DNA of 64,000 nt from a virus. This document shows, piece by piece, positions 27,546 to 39,500 of this stretch. The stretch's first letter is position 1. The number at the start of each line of letters is the position of its first letter. The stretch lies in IMG/VR virus record IMGVR_UViG_3300020204_004581; one strand, 5' to 3'. The position numbers and the translations under genes were made by a program. The notes under the pieces are model-generated. The model was not told the origin of the DNA. It saw nothing but the letters and a program-made list of their open reading frames with translations, and ran no database searches.

Positions 27546-28928
27546 TTAATTTATTTTTTTTTGTTCTTCTCTTTGCTTTCTTTTATCGAGAAGTTCTTTG
27601 ACTCGATCCGATTTTTTTTGTTCTTGTTGTTCTTCAAATCCTAAAAAGGTTACAGAAGTATCGGTGTCAATTTCCAAAAGTTCGTTGTTAAACTTACAGT
27701 TTTCAAAAACGACACCATCTTTACCAATACGAGACTTAGTAATCGCAATCGTAGCTAAATTTAACTCTTTCTGTTGAAGAGTTTTAGCTACAGAAATGAT
27801 TACGTGTCCGACTTGAGCTTTTTTAATTGATCCACCCATTTGATCGGTTGTTACAACTTCAGATGAAATTGAACTTCTATTACCTTGTGTTGCAGTCCAA
27901 CCGACTAATCCAAGTTCGTGACACATGGCTTCAAAATGTCTCATGACTGATCCTTCGCTTTTCCACTCATCACCCAAAACTTTTTCGGGCATTACACAAT
28001 CTATGTAATCCAATACAACCAAATCTACTTTATTACCATCAGCTATCATTTTACGGATTTGATTTTTTATTTGTAACATTGTAAGTGAATCAGATGGAAG
28101 TTTTTTTAGAATCAATTTGTTTTTCATTGAGTTTTGAATTTCATCTATCTTCTCAAATACTTTTTCTTTGTGTAACACAAGTTTATCAGGCTCTATACCT
28201 GTCCATATTGTAAAATGTTTTCTTTGTATAATTTTTGGATTGTCCTCAAAGAATACTTGAACAACATTGAAACCCATGTTAAATGCTGTGTTAGCTATTT
28301 TTGTCAGGATAGTTGTTTTACCGACACCGGTAGGCGCAAGTATCACACCAATCTCACCTTTTGCTAGTCCACCCTTAAGAAGATTGTCAATACCTCTAAT
28401 TCCCATCGGTACTGGTGATCTGAAATCCTCATCTAAAACCACATCTAAATTAGCAAAAACATCTCCAGTACCCAATTCACGTTCTCCAACTTGGATAGCA
28501 TCTCTAACTAGTTCTTCAACTTTGTCATAGGATTCGAAATCACCTTCATCGATTATTTTCTGAGCTTGTTTCATTGCTTTCTGTAACTCCTGTTGTTTAC
28601 AGAACTTCAAAGCTTTTTCTTGTACAAAAATGCTACCGTCAAAAGGGGCGTCTTTTACTTGTTTGATTGTATCCAAAATTATTTTCAGGACCATCTCAGT
28701 CGAGATTTCAGATTTAGCAATCTGTTCCAAGGTTTCGAAGGTTGGGGTGGATTGGTATTTCGTGTAATACTCCTTTACCATCGCAACAATCATTTTAAAG
28801 TATTTGTTGTCGAAATAAGAAGTTTCCAAGACATTTACTATCGTCTGTGAAAACTCCTTGTCTTCTATAATCTGATTGATTAATTGAACCTGAAATGTAT
28901 TACCTAAATAATCGAAATTTTTTTGCAT
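27546..28928 (-). CDS. Replicative DNA helicase (DnaB / T4 gp41-like)
   Basis: Walker A APTGVGKTT, VVLDYID, WTATQGNR, KSRIG. Confidence 0.9.
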   Translation of the reverse strand: MQKNFDYLGNTFQVQLINQIIEDKEFSQTIVNVLETSYFDNKYFKMIVAMVKEYYTKYQSTPTFETLEQIAKSEISTEMVLKIILDTIKQVKDAPFDGSIFVQEKALKFCKQQELQKAMKQAQKIIDEGDFESYDKVEELVRDAIQVGERELGTGDVFANLDVVLDEDFRSPVPMGIRGIDNLLKGGLAKGEIGVILAPTGVGKTTILTKIANTAFNMGFNVVQVFFEDNPKIIQRKHFTIWTGIEPDKLVLHKEKVFEKIDEIQNSMKNKLILKKLPSDSLTMLQIKNQIRKMIADGNKVDLVVLDYIDCVMPEKVLGDEWKSEGSVMRHFEAMCHELGLVGWTATQGNRSSISSEVVTTDQMGGSIKKAQVGHVIISVAKTLQQKELNLATIAITKSRIGKDGVVFENCKFNNELLEIDTDTSVTFLGFEEQQEQKKSDRVKELLDKRKQREEQKKIN

Positions 28929-28968
28929 ATATGTATGTCCCCACTACCCTTGAATTTATAAATACCTC

Positions 28969-29418
28969 CTATACTAACTCAATTCCACAGTATTCGTGAT
29001 TTAATTCTGTTTTTGAAAAAATGTCAGTCAGTGATGAAAGGATCTCTTTCAAATATGGTCTTACATCCACTGTATAACGAACTTTTGGAGGATAATTTTT
29101 TCCATCAAAAATTCTATGACAAATTGTCTCATCTCCAACTTTTACATAAAGATGAAAAACTTCGGGTCCTTCTGTAAAAGAGGTCTCCATGATTTTTTGG
29201 TCATGAATGATTGCCTCCTTATTGTCTAACATATAGACAACAGTCTTCATCTTCAGGTATTGGTGAAGAGTTTCTTTAACTCCATACATGTACTCGTACA
29301 AGTCGGTTGATAGTCTTGCCTTTGGATTGTAACCTCTAACGTTAAAAAATCTTTGGACGACAATGTTGTCATTAAGTGTAAGAAGGAATTCCATCTTAAC
29401 TTGATCTTGCTCTTTCAT
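28969..29418 (-). CDS. Hypothetical protein
   Basis: 149-aa ORF in the replication operon. Confidence 0.65.
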   Translation of the reverse strand: MKEQDQVKMEFLLTLNDNIVVQRFFNVRGYNPKARLSTDLYEYMYGVKETLHQYLKMKTVVYMLDNKEAIIHDQKIMETSFTEGPEVFHLYVKVGDETICHRIFDGKNYPPKVRYTVDVRPYLKEILSSLTDIFSKTELNHEYCGIELV

Positions 29419-29424
29419 GTTTTA

Positions 29425-30447
29425 TTAGTTTTTGTTTTTTCGTTTTTCTTTTCGTATCAACTTCATAAATGGTTTGAGGAAATTGACCCACGCTTCATCG
29501 TTTTTTGGTAGGTATTTGAATAATCCATCTGCCATCATATATTTCATCAAGTTTTTATATCCCCTATCTGTGGGATCGAGTTCTTCAGTATGAATGGACT
29601 CAACAAGTTGTTTTCCTTCATCTGTAATTAGTGGATTTTTTAAATCCACAATCAGTTTGTTTATTCGGTAGTATTCTTCTCCAAGTATACCCTTTTTTGT
29701 TCTTCCAGTCAAAATATTATTGATAACTTTTATAGGTTTTTGTTGTGGGATATTTCGTACATTATCAATAATTTCTTCGACTGTGCATGATTTTTCCAAC
29801 ATTTGTGGAAATAATTTCACCAATGTTTTTTCACCTAAACCTTCAATACCATCAATATTATCTGACTTATCCCCCATCAGTATTTTACACACTATGACAT
29901 TCTCGTGAGGTACATCAATATCTTTGAATTTTATTTTTTCTCCGAACTTGTGTATCTGTTTTGACACAGGTGAGTAAATTGATACTCTTGGACTTATTAA
30001 TTGTGTCAAGTCTTTGTCCGCTGAGAATATTGTAATTGTTTCTTTTGTAGCGACGGAACAATAGTGTGCTATCAGGTCATCCGCTTCGTTATCTTTTATC
30101 TCCACTTGTCGAACAAAAACTTCCTCCAAATACTGTTTTACTCTACCCTTCTGTGTAAGATAGGACTCGTATTTGTATTCGTTCATGCTAACTCTACGAT
30201 TGGCCTTATATTCAGGATATATTTTTTTTCTAGTGGATGAATTTGAATCACCATCCCAAAATACAACAACTTTATCGTATTCTATCTCCTCTAAAAATCT
30301 ACGTAATGTATTAATGAAGTGATATACTCCTCCGATGTGATTACCGTCGTAAAATAGTTCTTTGACCCCGTGAAATCCAATTTTGAATAGGTTATCCCCA
30401 TCCACCAATAATGTCTTAGTCACATAATCTATTTTACAGGTTGTCAA
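29425..30447 (-). CDS. 5'-3' exonuclease / flap endonuclease (T4 RNase H-like)
   Basis: LLVDGDN, YKANR, EADDLIA, SADKDLTQL, GDKSDNIDGIEGLGEKT. The true start may be a few codons downstream. Confidence 0.9.
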   Translation of the reverse strand: MTTCKIDYVTKTLLVDGDNLFKIGFHGVKELFYDGNHIGGVYHFINTLRRFLEEIEYDKVVVFWDGDSNSSTRKKIYPEYKANRRVSMNEYKYESYLTQKGRVKQYLEEVFVRQVEIKDNEADDLIAHYCSVATKETITIFSADKDLTQLISPRVSIYSPVSKQIHKFGEKIKFKDIDVPHENVIVCKILMGDKSDNIDGIEGLGEKTLVKLFPQMLEKSCTVEEIIDNVRNIPQQKPIKVINNILTGRTKKGILGEEYYRINKLIVDLKNPLITDEGKQLVESIHTEELDPTDRGYKNLMKYMMADGLFKYLPKNDEAWVNFLKPFMKLIRKEKRKNKN

Positions 30448-31445
30448 TCTTCTTTTTCTTCTTTCAAATCAAAGTCGCCTTCAGCTCCGATGATGTCTTT
30501 CCAATAGTCTGCATATTCTTTTTTGTAAGCTTCTATAGAAGATTTTTCTTCGGTGGTATCTTTACCCGCCAAAAAACCGTGAGGTGTAACGATAATTCTC
30601 CCATCGTCGTACCCTAAACCATTGATATGATTTTTCATAACAGATACTTTACTCCTGACAGCGAATTTGACTGTTCTCTTGTCTTTGGTCGCAGTAATCT
30701 TTGTTGTACCAGCACCTTTCTGATTACCGAAAAGAAATACTAAAGAGGAGTTTAACCAAACTGATTCCCCTCCCTTAGCTTTTATCTTTGGTTGTCCAAA
30801 TGGATTGTCAGGTAATTCAACCCATGGTTGATTGATAATGATAAGAGTGTTCTCATACTCTGTATCAGACTTCCTTGAGCCCGAGATTCTTTGATTGATT
30901 CCCATACCAATTTTATCTGACAAAACTGATGCGTTGTGTTGTTTTCCACCTTTACCCTCGTAAGTCATTTTACAAGGAACAGATCCGACTGAGTCCCAAA
31001 TAAAACATAAACTGTAGTTCAATTCACCCTTCTCTTGAGCATCTAAGAGCTGATTGATGTAATCAGTGATTTGTTCAATATAGCTAAAATTGTTATTAAA
31101 TAAGAAAAAACCATCCCAATCCATTTCTCCGGTCTCGGGATCGACTACTTCTTCGCATTGAAGACCCATCAGTTTAGCATGTTCAAAACTCCATTTCTGT
31201 TCTGTGATTATGAATACAGGAAGCATTTCTTTTTTCTGAGCGTCAACTGCCGCTTTTATTGCTCCAGTAGTTTTTCCAGTATCAGAGTGACCTAAGAACA
31301 TGTTTATATGACCAATTGCAGGACCGGGAAGTCCTACTGCATCCAAAAAATTTGATCCAAGATCCAAAAATCTTTGTGGTTTGTACTTTGCCGAGGTTGA
31401 GAATTTTTTCTTTACGGAATTAAAATCAGTTTTCTTGATTGCCAT
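30444..31445 (-). CDS. uvsX: RecA/UvsX-like recombinase
   Basis: Walker A GHSDTGKTT, FIWDSVGS, IIINQ, KAKGG, VMKNHI. Confidence 0.85.
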   Translation of the reverse strand: MAIKKTDFNSVKKKFSTSAKYKPQRFLDLGSNFLDAVGLPGPAIGHINMFLGHSDTGKTTGAIKAAVDAQKKEMLPVFIITEQKWSFEHAKLMGLQCEEVVDPETGEMDWDGFFLFNNNFSYIEQITDYINQLLDAQEKGELNYSLCFIWDSVGSVPCKMTYEGKGGKQHNASVLSDKIGMGINQRISGSRKSDTEYENTLIIINQPWVELPDNPFGQPKIKAKGGESVWLNSSLVFLFGNQKGAGTTKITATKDKRTVKFAVRSKVSVMKNHINGLGYDDGRIIVTPHGFLAGKDTTEEKSSIEAYKKEYADYWKDIIGAEGDFDLKEEKED

Positions 31446-31656
31446 AAGTATACTTAAAAAATTGTTGTAATGTATTTAACTTATCTGAAGCAGTGGCAAG
31501 TTTATCAACTAACTTGTCCATCTCTTCAATTAGTTGTGGATGTTCTCCGATACCCACAGAGTTTTCCATATAAACCATCAAAGCAGCTTCAGCTTCCAAG
31601 ATTTCACTCTCATATTTCCTTACGAGAGATTCGTACATTTTTTTTTTGATATTCAT
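31426..31656 (-). CDS. Small conserved phage coiled-coil protein
   Basis: NSVGIGEHPQLIEEMDK motif seen in T4-like phage hypotheticals. Confidence 0.65.
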   Translation of the reverse strand: MNIKKKMYESLVRKYESEILEAEAALMVYMENSVGIGEHPQLIEEMDKLVDKLATASDKLNTLQQFFKYTYGNQEN

Positions 31657-31672
31657 ATTTTAGTATTGAAAA

Positions 31673-31702
31673 TATGTTCCCGACACAAATGTCGGGAACA
31701 TA
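31673..31702 (-). terminator. Intrinsic terminator after the SSB gene
   Basis: Perfect 13-bp stem TATGTTCCCGACA-TTTG-TGTCGGGAACATA followed by TTTT on the minus strand. Confidence 0.75.
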
Positions 31703-31709
31703 ATAAGAA

Positions 31710-32558
31710 TTAGAATGGTAAATCACCATCAACCTCAGAATCTATTTGAAGGTCTGCGTTAGTCGAAGATTTTCCTCCACCCATAGATGTCGTGGATACC
31801 TCATCGTTACCATAAACATATCCACCCTTTTCATTATCCCAACGTGGAACTTCACCTCTTGCGATTGCTTCGAGATATTCAACTGGTTTTTTAGAATAAA
31901 CATCTAACCATGTCAATTCATCGTTGACCCATTGTTTCATCACATCTTTATCTGGATGAACAGAACACGGATCATCATACATTATAGTTGATACTGTTGT
32001 GTATTCCTTACCTTTAGGTGTTTTTGATTTTGTCAGTTCGATGATAAGATCACGACCTTTATCTTGGTCAGTAATATCACCTTTATTTCTCCAAATCGGG
32101 ATGATTTTGTCGAGAATACCCTCATTCTTGTAGTTGTGTTTGAAACGCCAAAACTTTGGTCCCTCATCCTCTTTGTCACGGTCTATAACTTTTACGATGT
32201 AGAACTTACGTGACTTATATTGTTTTGCGAGTTCTTTGTCTGACTCCTTACCTGTTGAGATCAGCTCTTCGTAGACTTCATTCAATGGAGAACGTTCGTT
32301 ATCGTTTTTTCCTGGATCGTAGAACTTTTGCCATTTACCACCAACTTGGATTTCGTGATACCAAGCTTCTTTGAATGGTGATGATCCATCAGGTGTGGGA
32401 AGAATTCTAATTTTTCTTGATCCTGAACTTTCTTTGTCTTCAAGAATAAGAGCGAAGTATTTCTTCATTCTTTCCTCTTGTGACATTTTTGATTGGGCCC
32501 CGCCCGATGACTGTTTGTTTTTTTCGTACTGTGCCAATACGGCATCTAATGCACTCAT
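31710..32558 (-). CDS. Single-stranded DNA-binding protein (T4 gp32-like)
   Basis: KIRILP...PFKEAWYH, KGRDLII and an acidic C-terminal tail ending DLPF; next to the recombinase. Confidence 0.8.
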   Translation of the reverse strand: MSALDAVLAQYEKNKQSSGGAQSKMSQEERMKKYFALILEDKESSGSRKIRILPTPDGSSPFKEAWYHEIQVGGKWQKFYDPGKNDNERSPLNEVYEELISTGKESDKELAKQYKSRKFYIVKVIDRDKEDEGPKFWRFKHNYKNEGILDKIIPIWRNKGDITDQDKGRDLIIELTKSKTPKGKEYTTVSTIMYDDPCSVHPDKDVMKQWVNDELTWLDVYSKKPVEYLEAIARGEVPRWDNEKGGYVYGNDEVSTTSMGGGKSSTNADLQIDSEVDGDLPF

Positions 32559-32595
32559 GATTACTCTGTTTTAAATTGTTTATTAATGTATGTAA

Positions 32596-32624
32596 AATAT
32601 AGTTGAACTTGGGGTATCTGTCAA
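32596..32624 (-). promoter_or_regulatory. Putative host-RNAP (early) promoter for the SSB-recombinase-exonuclease operon
   Basis: TTGACA-N17-TATATT on the minus strand, directly after a terminator. Confidence 0.65.
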
Positions 32625-32625
32625 A

Positions 32626-32652
32626 TAAAAAAGGGATTAGTTTCCTAATCCC
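32626..32652 (-). terminator. Intrinsic terminator
   Basis: GGGATTAG-GAAA-CTAATCCC-TTTTTT on the minus strand. Confidence 0.85.
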
Positions 32653-32672
32653 CTCTTGTGTGTATATTACTT

Positions 32673-33314
32673 TTAATAACCAAAATCTTTTACATTGTCT
32701 GGTTTTGGTTGGAATGTATCCTTGATTTCTGAAGGGTTGATGTCTGTTACATCATCTGGTGTAAGTACATAGTCCCTCTTACCTGTCTTTTCCATTTCCT
32801 CTTCTTTTTCGTCGAAAAATTGTGAAAGTTTTTGATTAAAAGGATAGGAATCGTAACTTCTTAGTTCAAGTCTTTCTTCAGGAGTTTTTGTTCTATATTT
32901 TTCAATTTTGTTTTCGATTGAATTCAATCTTGCCATAATACTATCCATCTCAGAAAGTTTCTGTTCAAGTGAATTCAATTGATTAAATAGGTTTTCAAAA
33001 TAGTCGTCCTGCTTTGTTTCTATTTTTTTTTGTGAATCTACAAGTTCTGTTACATCCAATTCTTCAGTACCCTCTTCTTCACCCTCTTGACTTTTACCTT
33101 TCATGTCAATTTTCTCGACATCAGGATCATTTTCTACGTCTATCTTTTCAGGGGTAGCCGCGGATTCAGGTGCTGCTGCAGCGGGATCTGCAGGAGCTTG
33201 TCCCGCAATAGGATCTTCAGGGGCAGCTACAGCCGCAGCTTCTTGTTCTGTTATGTAACGATTTACTTTATTGTATTTTTCAATCTCAGCTAAAATTTTC
33301 TTATCCAAGCTCAT
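32673..33314 (-). CDS. Acidic coiled-coil hypothetical protein (possible head core/internal protein)
   Basis: N-terminal ILAE/YITEQ motifs, an Ala/Pro linker and a heptad region. Confidence 0.6.
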   Translation of the reverse strand: MSLDKKILAEIEKYNKVNRYITEQEAAAVAAPEDPIAGQAPADPAAAAPESAATPEKIDVENDPDVEKIDMKGKSQEGEEEGTEELDVTELVDSQKKIETKQDDYFENLFNQLNSLEQKLSEMDSIMARLNSIENKIEKYRTKTPEERLELRSYDSYPFNQKLSQFFDEKEEEMEKTGKRDYVLTPDDVTDINPSEIKDTFQPKPDNVKDFGY

Positions 33315-33317
33315 TTC

Positions 33318-33542
33318 TTATCCGTTTAATAATTGTTTAACACCGTGTGGTGTCTCAACTCTAACTTTTTTATTTATCGTTATGGTATTATCAACCCTTT
33401 CAATAAGTCCATCTTTTATACGAACTGTATAACAGTCACCAGTATCTAAATCACAAACTTGTTTTGTACCGTCACCATTATCCATTTCTGAATATCTTGT
33501 AGACTTACCCAAGTAGTTGTCTAAGGCTTCTTTGATGTTCAT
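33318..33542 (-). CDS. Hypothetical protein
   Basis: 74 aa, CDLDTGDC; upstream TATTTAT motif. Confidence 0.6.
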   Translation of the reverse strand: MNIKEALDNYLGKSTRYSEMDNGDGTKQVCDLDTGDCYTVRIKDGLIERVDNTITINKKVRVETPHGVKQLLNG

Positions 33543-33576
33543 ACTTTTTTTATTTATAAATATACTGCAAATACAA

Positions 33577-36500
33577 TTATGTACATTTCTTACCGTAAAG
33601 AATTATTTCCCTACCGTTGGTTCCATTAGGGTAACACACACCACATGGGTCCTCAAGTATTTCCTGATAGTCTTGTTCGTCAATCAATTGATTAGCAATG
33701 AAGTTCAGACCAGGACATCCTAATGGTAACACTACTTGTACAATACTATATGAATATTCAGGATATTCTTTGATTTTGAATCTTATACCTATTTTATCTT
33801 TGTCGTTAGCCGCGGCACTAAGTTCTCTCGTATAAGAGTTAGGTGTTATAAATTCGAAGGAGTTACCACCTGTGGTTGATTTAACCATAATACTTGATCC
33901 AATTTTTACTTCACCACCCATTCCTGTTAATGGGACTAAGTAGATGTCGACAGGGTAATCCTTGCTAAGGGTGTTGGGACCTATAACTCCTTTGATTTTT
34001 AACTTTCCATCATTTTGTACATTTGCATTAATTACATAAACTATACCAGTGTTTGGAATCCTGGCGTTTGAGAAAATTGTTCTATCGGTAGCGTTAGGTG
34101 TAACATTGGAGTTTACCTGTTGTCCTGACGGTGTAGTCGTTGTTGGGTTTGCCGTTGAAACGTATGGTATTCCTGCAGTTGGGAATAATGCTGCAATCTT
34201 TGTCATTGCTTCTTCTATCTTGGCTTTGACTTGTTTTCCTTGGTTCGTTTCAAAATTTTTCTGTTGTTTCTCGTCTCTAATCTGTGGCCAAAATCTCTTA
34301 TAGTAATTGTACATTGCATCAGCCGTTGGTATAAATGAGTTCGCCGACACAGTCTCGAATTCAGTAGCTTTACATGATTGATCTAAAGAGTCGAACATAA
34401 ATCCTAAAAACTTAGCCAAGGTTTCAAATCTAGCGAACGGTTTGGATTGTTGACCTTTATCAGTTCCCACGTTGACACAACAGAATTGTTTTTGAAAATA
34501 TTTGTTAGACTTACCTACACCCCAATCTATTTGTAGACTGACATTTGTGTAATTGTTTCCGAAAGACTTCATTTCTTCTCCCTTAGCGGATGAAACATAA
34601 CTGAACACAAAGACAGCCATTGCAAGTTGTGATCTCTTTTTTTCATCGGAAGACGAACTATTGTTATTGTTTTTCATTTCATTTACGAAAGTTTGTAGGC
34701 TTGTTTTCGTTTCGTTAGCGGCAGTGACACTATAATCCTTTTGGTACGTTGTAACACCTGTTGTTATTAGTTCTACACAACTGTTTTGAGCAGCATTCGT
34801 TTTGTCGCTCGTTTGATTTACCTCTCCTATGTTTGGTTTGACGGTAGCTGTTTTCAGATCCGTGGTTGTTAGTTTTTGTAATAAATTTTTATTCAAACTT
34901 ATCAAATAATTGTTAGGTCTTATGCTTGAAAATACTCGTTGTCTGACTCCCGAAAATGTTGTTTCAAAAACACCTGGACTAATTGTGTGTTGAACCGAAG
35001 TTATCAAATATGCTCCGTTAAACATCGGAACGTGGTTTAAACAGAAATACATTGTGGGTTGTAATAGTGCGTTTCCCAAGCATGTCACAGTGCTAGCGTA
35101 GCTCCTTTCGTTGTATATGTTCAGCAATGACACGTTATTCGAAACTACATCCCTACCTGAGGATTGATTTGCTAAATTATTGACTGCGACTAAACTTTCG
35201 GTAGTTGCCTTACCTATATCTTGTGATATTGTAAATTGTTTGAAAACATTTTGATTTCTAATACCCATATCAACGTTAAATCCTACACATCTGTTGGAGA
35301 GGGCGTAGTTTGTTTCTTTTCCGTCATCTGAAATCACTGGATTATCCGTTATACTATTACAATTGAATCCATCGTTTTTATATCGGAAATCTTTGTTTCT
35401 TCCCAATTCAGGGTAATTAGAAGGTTTCTCAGAATAAAAACAGACCAATTTTGGTTGTGAGTTTCTATAATCAACGTTCAAAAATGTACCCCATAAGTTG
35501 TTTGCAAAGTCTGCAGAACTTTCTGTCTTAGGTACAGGATTCCTACCATCAGGTGTTTGTATGTTATAGAAATTAACATAAGCTGGTAATGGCATAACTG
35601 AGAAGTTATTTTCAACTAGAATACCTGAGATTAATGTAAAAACACTTGCAGCAGTATTAAGATTTCTGACTCTTCTTGGAAGGTCCAACACGTCTACTAA
35701 TATACTATCCCCAACGCTTCTTGATGCTCTATCTACAAATAGGAAATCTTGTAATAGTGTCTCTTCGTTGTAGGCATTCCCTGAAATCCATTTGTCATTG
35801 AGAGCTTTGAACATTTCATAAAGTTGTGCTTTTACTAGATCACCTGAAATTGCACTTTTGATCTTACCTTGTACAGGATAGTTAACATCAGGTAATCCTT
35901 TCTGTAAGTTTGAAAATAAATTATTGAAAACGTTCTTGTGATACTCCAACATCTGATTAGAATACTCTCGGACTAAATTTTGGAATGAAACTGAATTCAG
36001 AGATTTGTCACTTAGTTTCTGAGTGGCATATATTCTTATAAGTGGTGCACATATAAGGACGTTGTTTTTATTAAACCTAATATTATTGTCTACAAAAAAA
36101 TCTGTTATAAATGATCCGTCGTCATTAAATATTAATTCAGGGATTGTTGTGGGTCCCACTTGTAAAAGTAGTTCTTTCCAAGCCTCAGGATTTGCCGCAA
36201 TAGATGCGGATAAGGTTACATTACCACCAAGGGTAGGCAGGGATCCTGTCACATATGTTTCGAATTTGAATGGATCCACCAATCTAAAATCTACGGACGT
36301 AGTTGTTGATGGTGTGGAGGTATTGTCAACAAAAATATACCCTGTTTTATAGTCAGGGTTGAAACTGTCAAACAATTTTCTATTGTAGTTTGATGGATTA
36401 CCCATTCTGAGTACAACATCATACTCCATAAAATTATTCAAGATTGATATTACGTTACCAAATTGTTGGGTTATGGCGCTTTTCAAATAATCTTTTATTG

Positions 36501-39500
36501 GTTGATTGACTTCGGGACTTCTGATTTCAAAAAACTCTCTTACCATAAGTTGAAAATTCTTCAAGTATCTATTGGGGTCATTTGTATCAACATTCAGGGT
36601 AATCTTGGGCTGGCTTGGACCAACATTATCGTTTATGTTATAAACCGATTTACTGAAATCGAGGAACTTTTGTTCCATTATCTCTAACTGTTCTTTGTTG
36701 AAAACTGCAAAAATTTCTTCAATACTTGAATAAGTAAAACCCAAACTCATAGGTTGTACTTCACCTTCTGGTTGGACCAAAGTCATGTACTCATTCGGGT
36801 TTGGCTTTGGATTTCTTAGAATATCAAAATAACCGTAGTTTGGTGCCCCCCAAAATGATCTCACACTACCATTGTATATTGCAGAATTATCTAAAATATT
36901 GATGGTTGATTTATACGTTCCTTGAGTCGATGTTGTATCAAAAATTGAATATGGAACTTGATTGTATATCGATCCGAATGAGGGTGAAGTGTAATAAGTC
37001 CCCGTTGAAGTATTTTTTATTGTGGTTGTCCACGGATTCATTCTGAAGATATTGAATGGAGTACCCGCCGACACAAATGTCTGATCCACATTAGATTCAT
37101 TGATGTTACCTACTTTCATAGTCACATCAACATACAATTGTATTTCTTCATCGGAATAGGTTGAAAAACACGGCTCACCGTTCAAGAACACATTCATGTC
37201 GTTTATCAATTTAGGATAAAATCCTGATTGTATGGTTTGACTTGTGAAGGAAATTGGCGCTTGAGGTGTTGTTGTACTAAAATAATATCCTTGTAAATAT
37301 ACTTTGGATAAAGTGTCCGGTTCGAAACTCAATTCATATACTTTGTCAACTCTACCCGTTACCGGATCGAAATTGTTCACGTAGTCAAAATTTTTCCAAC
37401 AAGTATCAAGTATGTCAACATTATCATTTACAAACTTTTTGTATCTGTGGTAGATTGAACCTAACTTTAGAATCCAAGGATATGGTAATTTGTGGACACC
37501 TCCGAATCTTTTGATTGAAGAAGCAATATAATCTAAACTCTCAACTCCTCCCTTATTCTTGTAGGTTCCTCTCAACGTAGATAAAGGAAGTGAGTTCAAT
37601 AACAGATACGCACCTTGTACAAATGGATATTCTTTTTTGGCCTGCCAATCAGCAACACCGTTCTGTAAGGCGTTTACAAAATAAGATGTATTAAGGATAG
37701 ATGTGGTTTGGGCGACATAATCATTTCCATTTGAACCCACGCAGATTCCTTCCGTAGAAAGAAATTGTGATGGTTTATCTCTGTATTGATAAAATATATT
37801 AAGGTTGTTTTGTGGTACAACGGGCTGAGTGAAGTTTTTATAACTAAAGCTTGTAACAGGTCTAATACTTTCATTAGTGGTCGTCTCTATAAAATTAGTG
37901 ATAACTTTTTTATCATTATTTACAAATAAAGTATTCTTTGTGTTGTAAAATAATCCAGCCAAACCCTTTGCACTTGTTTCTAAGTTTGTCTGGTCCCAAC
38001 TTATATTGGTGAAAGGATATGTGTCACAAAAGTCGGGCTTTACGTTTGTTTCAATAAGGGTTTTGAAATTATTTAGGTCTGTTTGAGTAAGACCTCTATT
38101 CACCGTTGGACTTGCTCCCTGTATCGTGCTATTATCGTAGATTTCAAAAGGTCTTTCCACCTCACTTTGAATATACGATGTTGCAAAAATGTCTCTAATT
38201 AATTTTTGTATTGAAGGGCCAGTACCTTGATTTGATATATGGGATAAGACACCTAAATAGTTTTCGAAGTTGAAACCGTAGTTTTTCAACTTCTGTATAA
38301 GGAAGGGTGATGATATACCCAAAGCATTAATAATATTATCTGCCTCATTTCTTCCAATCGTTTCATATATTTCTTTGATATTACCACCTCTTTGAAATCT
38401 ATTATAATGTGAATTCAAATAAGTTCTCTCCCAAATTTCAAAGAAAAACTTGACTTCCTCTTTGGAAAAATAAGGTAAATTACTTTGTGGAAATTCAATT
38501 CCGTTTAGTGTTAATCTATTAATTTCTTCCTCTTCGTTTTCTTTCGTTGTGGTATCAGGCACTTGTGGTCCTCTTTCTGTTGTCGCTTTGATGAACTCTT
38601 CAACAAATTCAACCTCAGGCCATTTTTTATAGTCAAATGCTTTAGTAGAGTCTACAACACTGGCGTCGCCTGGATATTGAATCACGAATCTTTGGGGGTT
38701 TTTATCGTCTTGTACAAAATATTGTGGCCATGGATATATCGGAACTAAATTTTGTTTGTTGAGAATTTGTACATCGTCCTTAGCATCAGAAGATGGATAT
38801 TTCAAAACAGCTGTTCTTCTATCAGGATCTTCCCTCTGATCCCAAGCCTTTTTATGTACATCGTCGAGTAATCTGATAAAAGCCTCGGTCGAAGCCATTA
38901 TAACTGTAATAATATTCTTAATTGATGGTCTGAATCCAACACCTTGATCCTTACTTTCTAGTCTAGCAGCCAAAACCGCAGTGATTCTCTCCTCTTCTGC
39001 TTGGGCCTTTGAGTTCAGAGTTTCATACATTTTATTTATTAAACCTGTGAACCTACCATTACCTTCAAAGACATACAACTTTACCTTGTCACTTTTTTCT
39101 TGTCCTTGATCATTGAATTCTATTTTAAGTAATAATTCTTTAGCAATTTGGGCTCTTAACTCAGCTTCTTCTGATGTCTCAGGTTTTCTATCTACTTTTT
39201 TTCTGATTTTGAAAGTGGCAACATAATCTATTGAACTAGATTCGATTTCCACAAACATGTTTTCATATGTAACGGTGCTTTTAACTTCCAAGTTTTTATC
39301 TTTTCCACCCTCTGATCCGAATACTGAGTTTTGAGCCAATTTTGAATTGTTTTCTGTTACAAGACTTTTAAGTTTACTATCAACCTCTTGTTTTTGAGTT
39401 ACACCATTTGTATTAGTTCCTTCTTGTACTGCTTTTTTTAATGGATACAAAGTTTCACCCATACCCTTAACAATAATTGCCTTCTCTTGATCACAATTGA

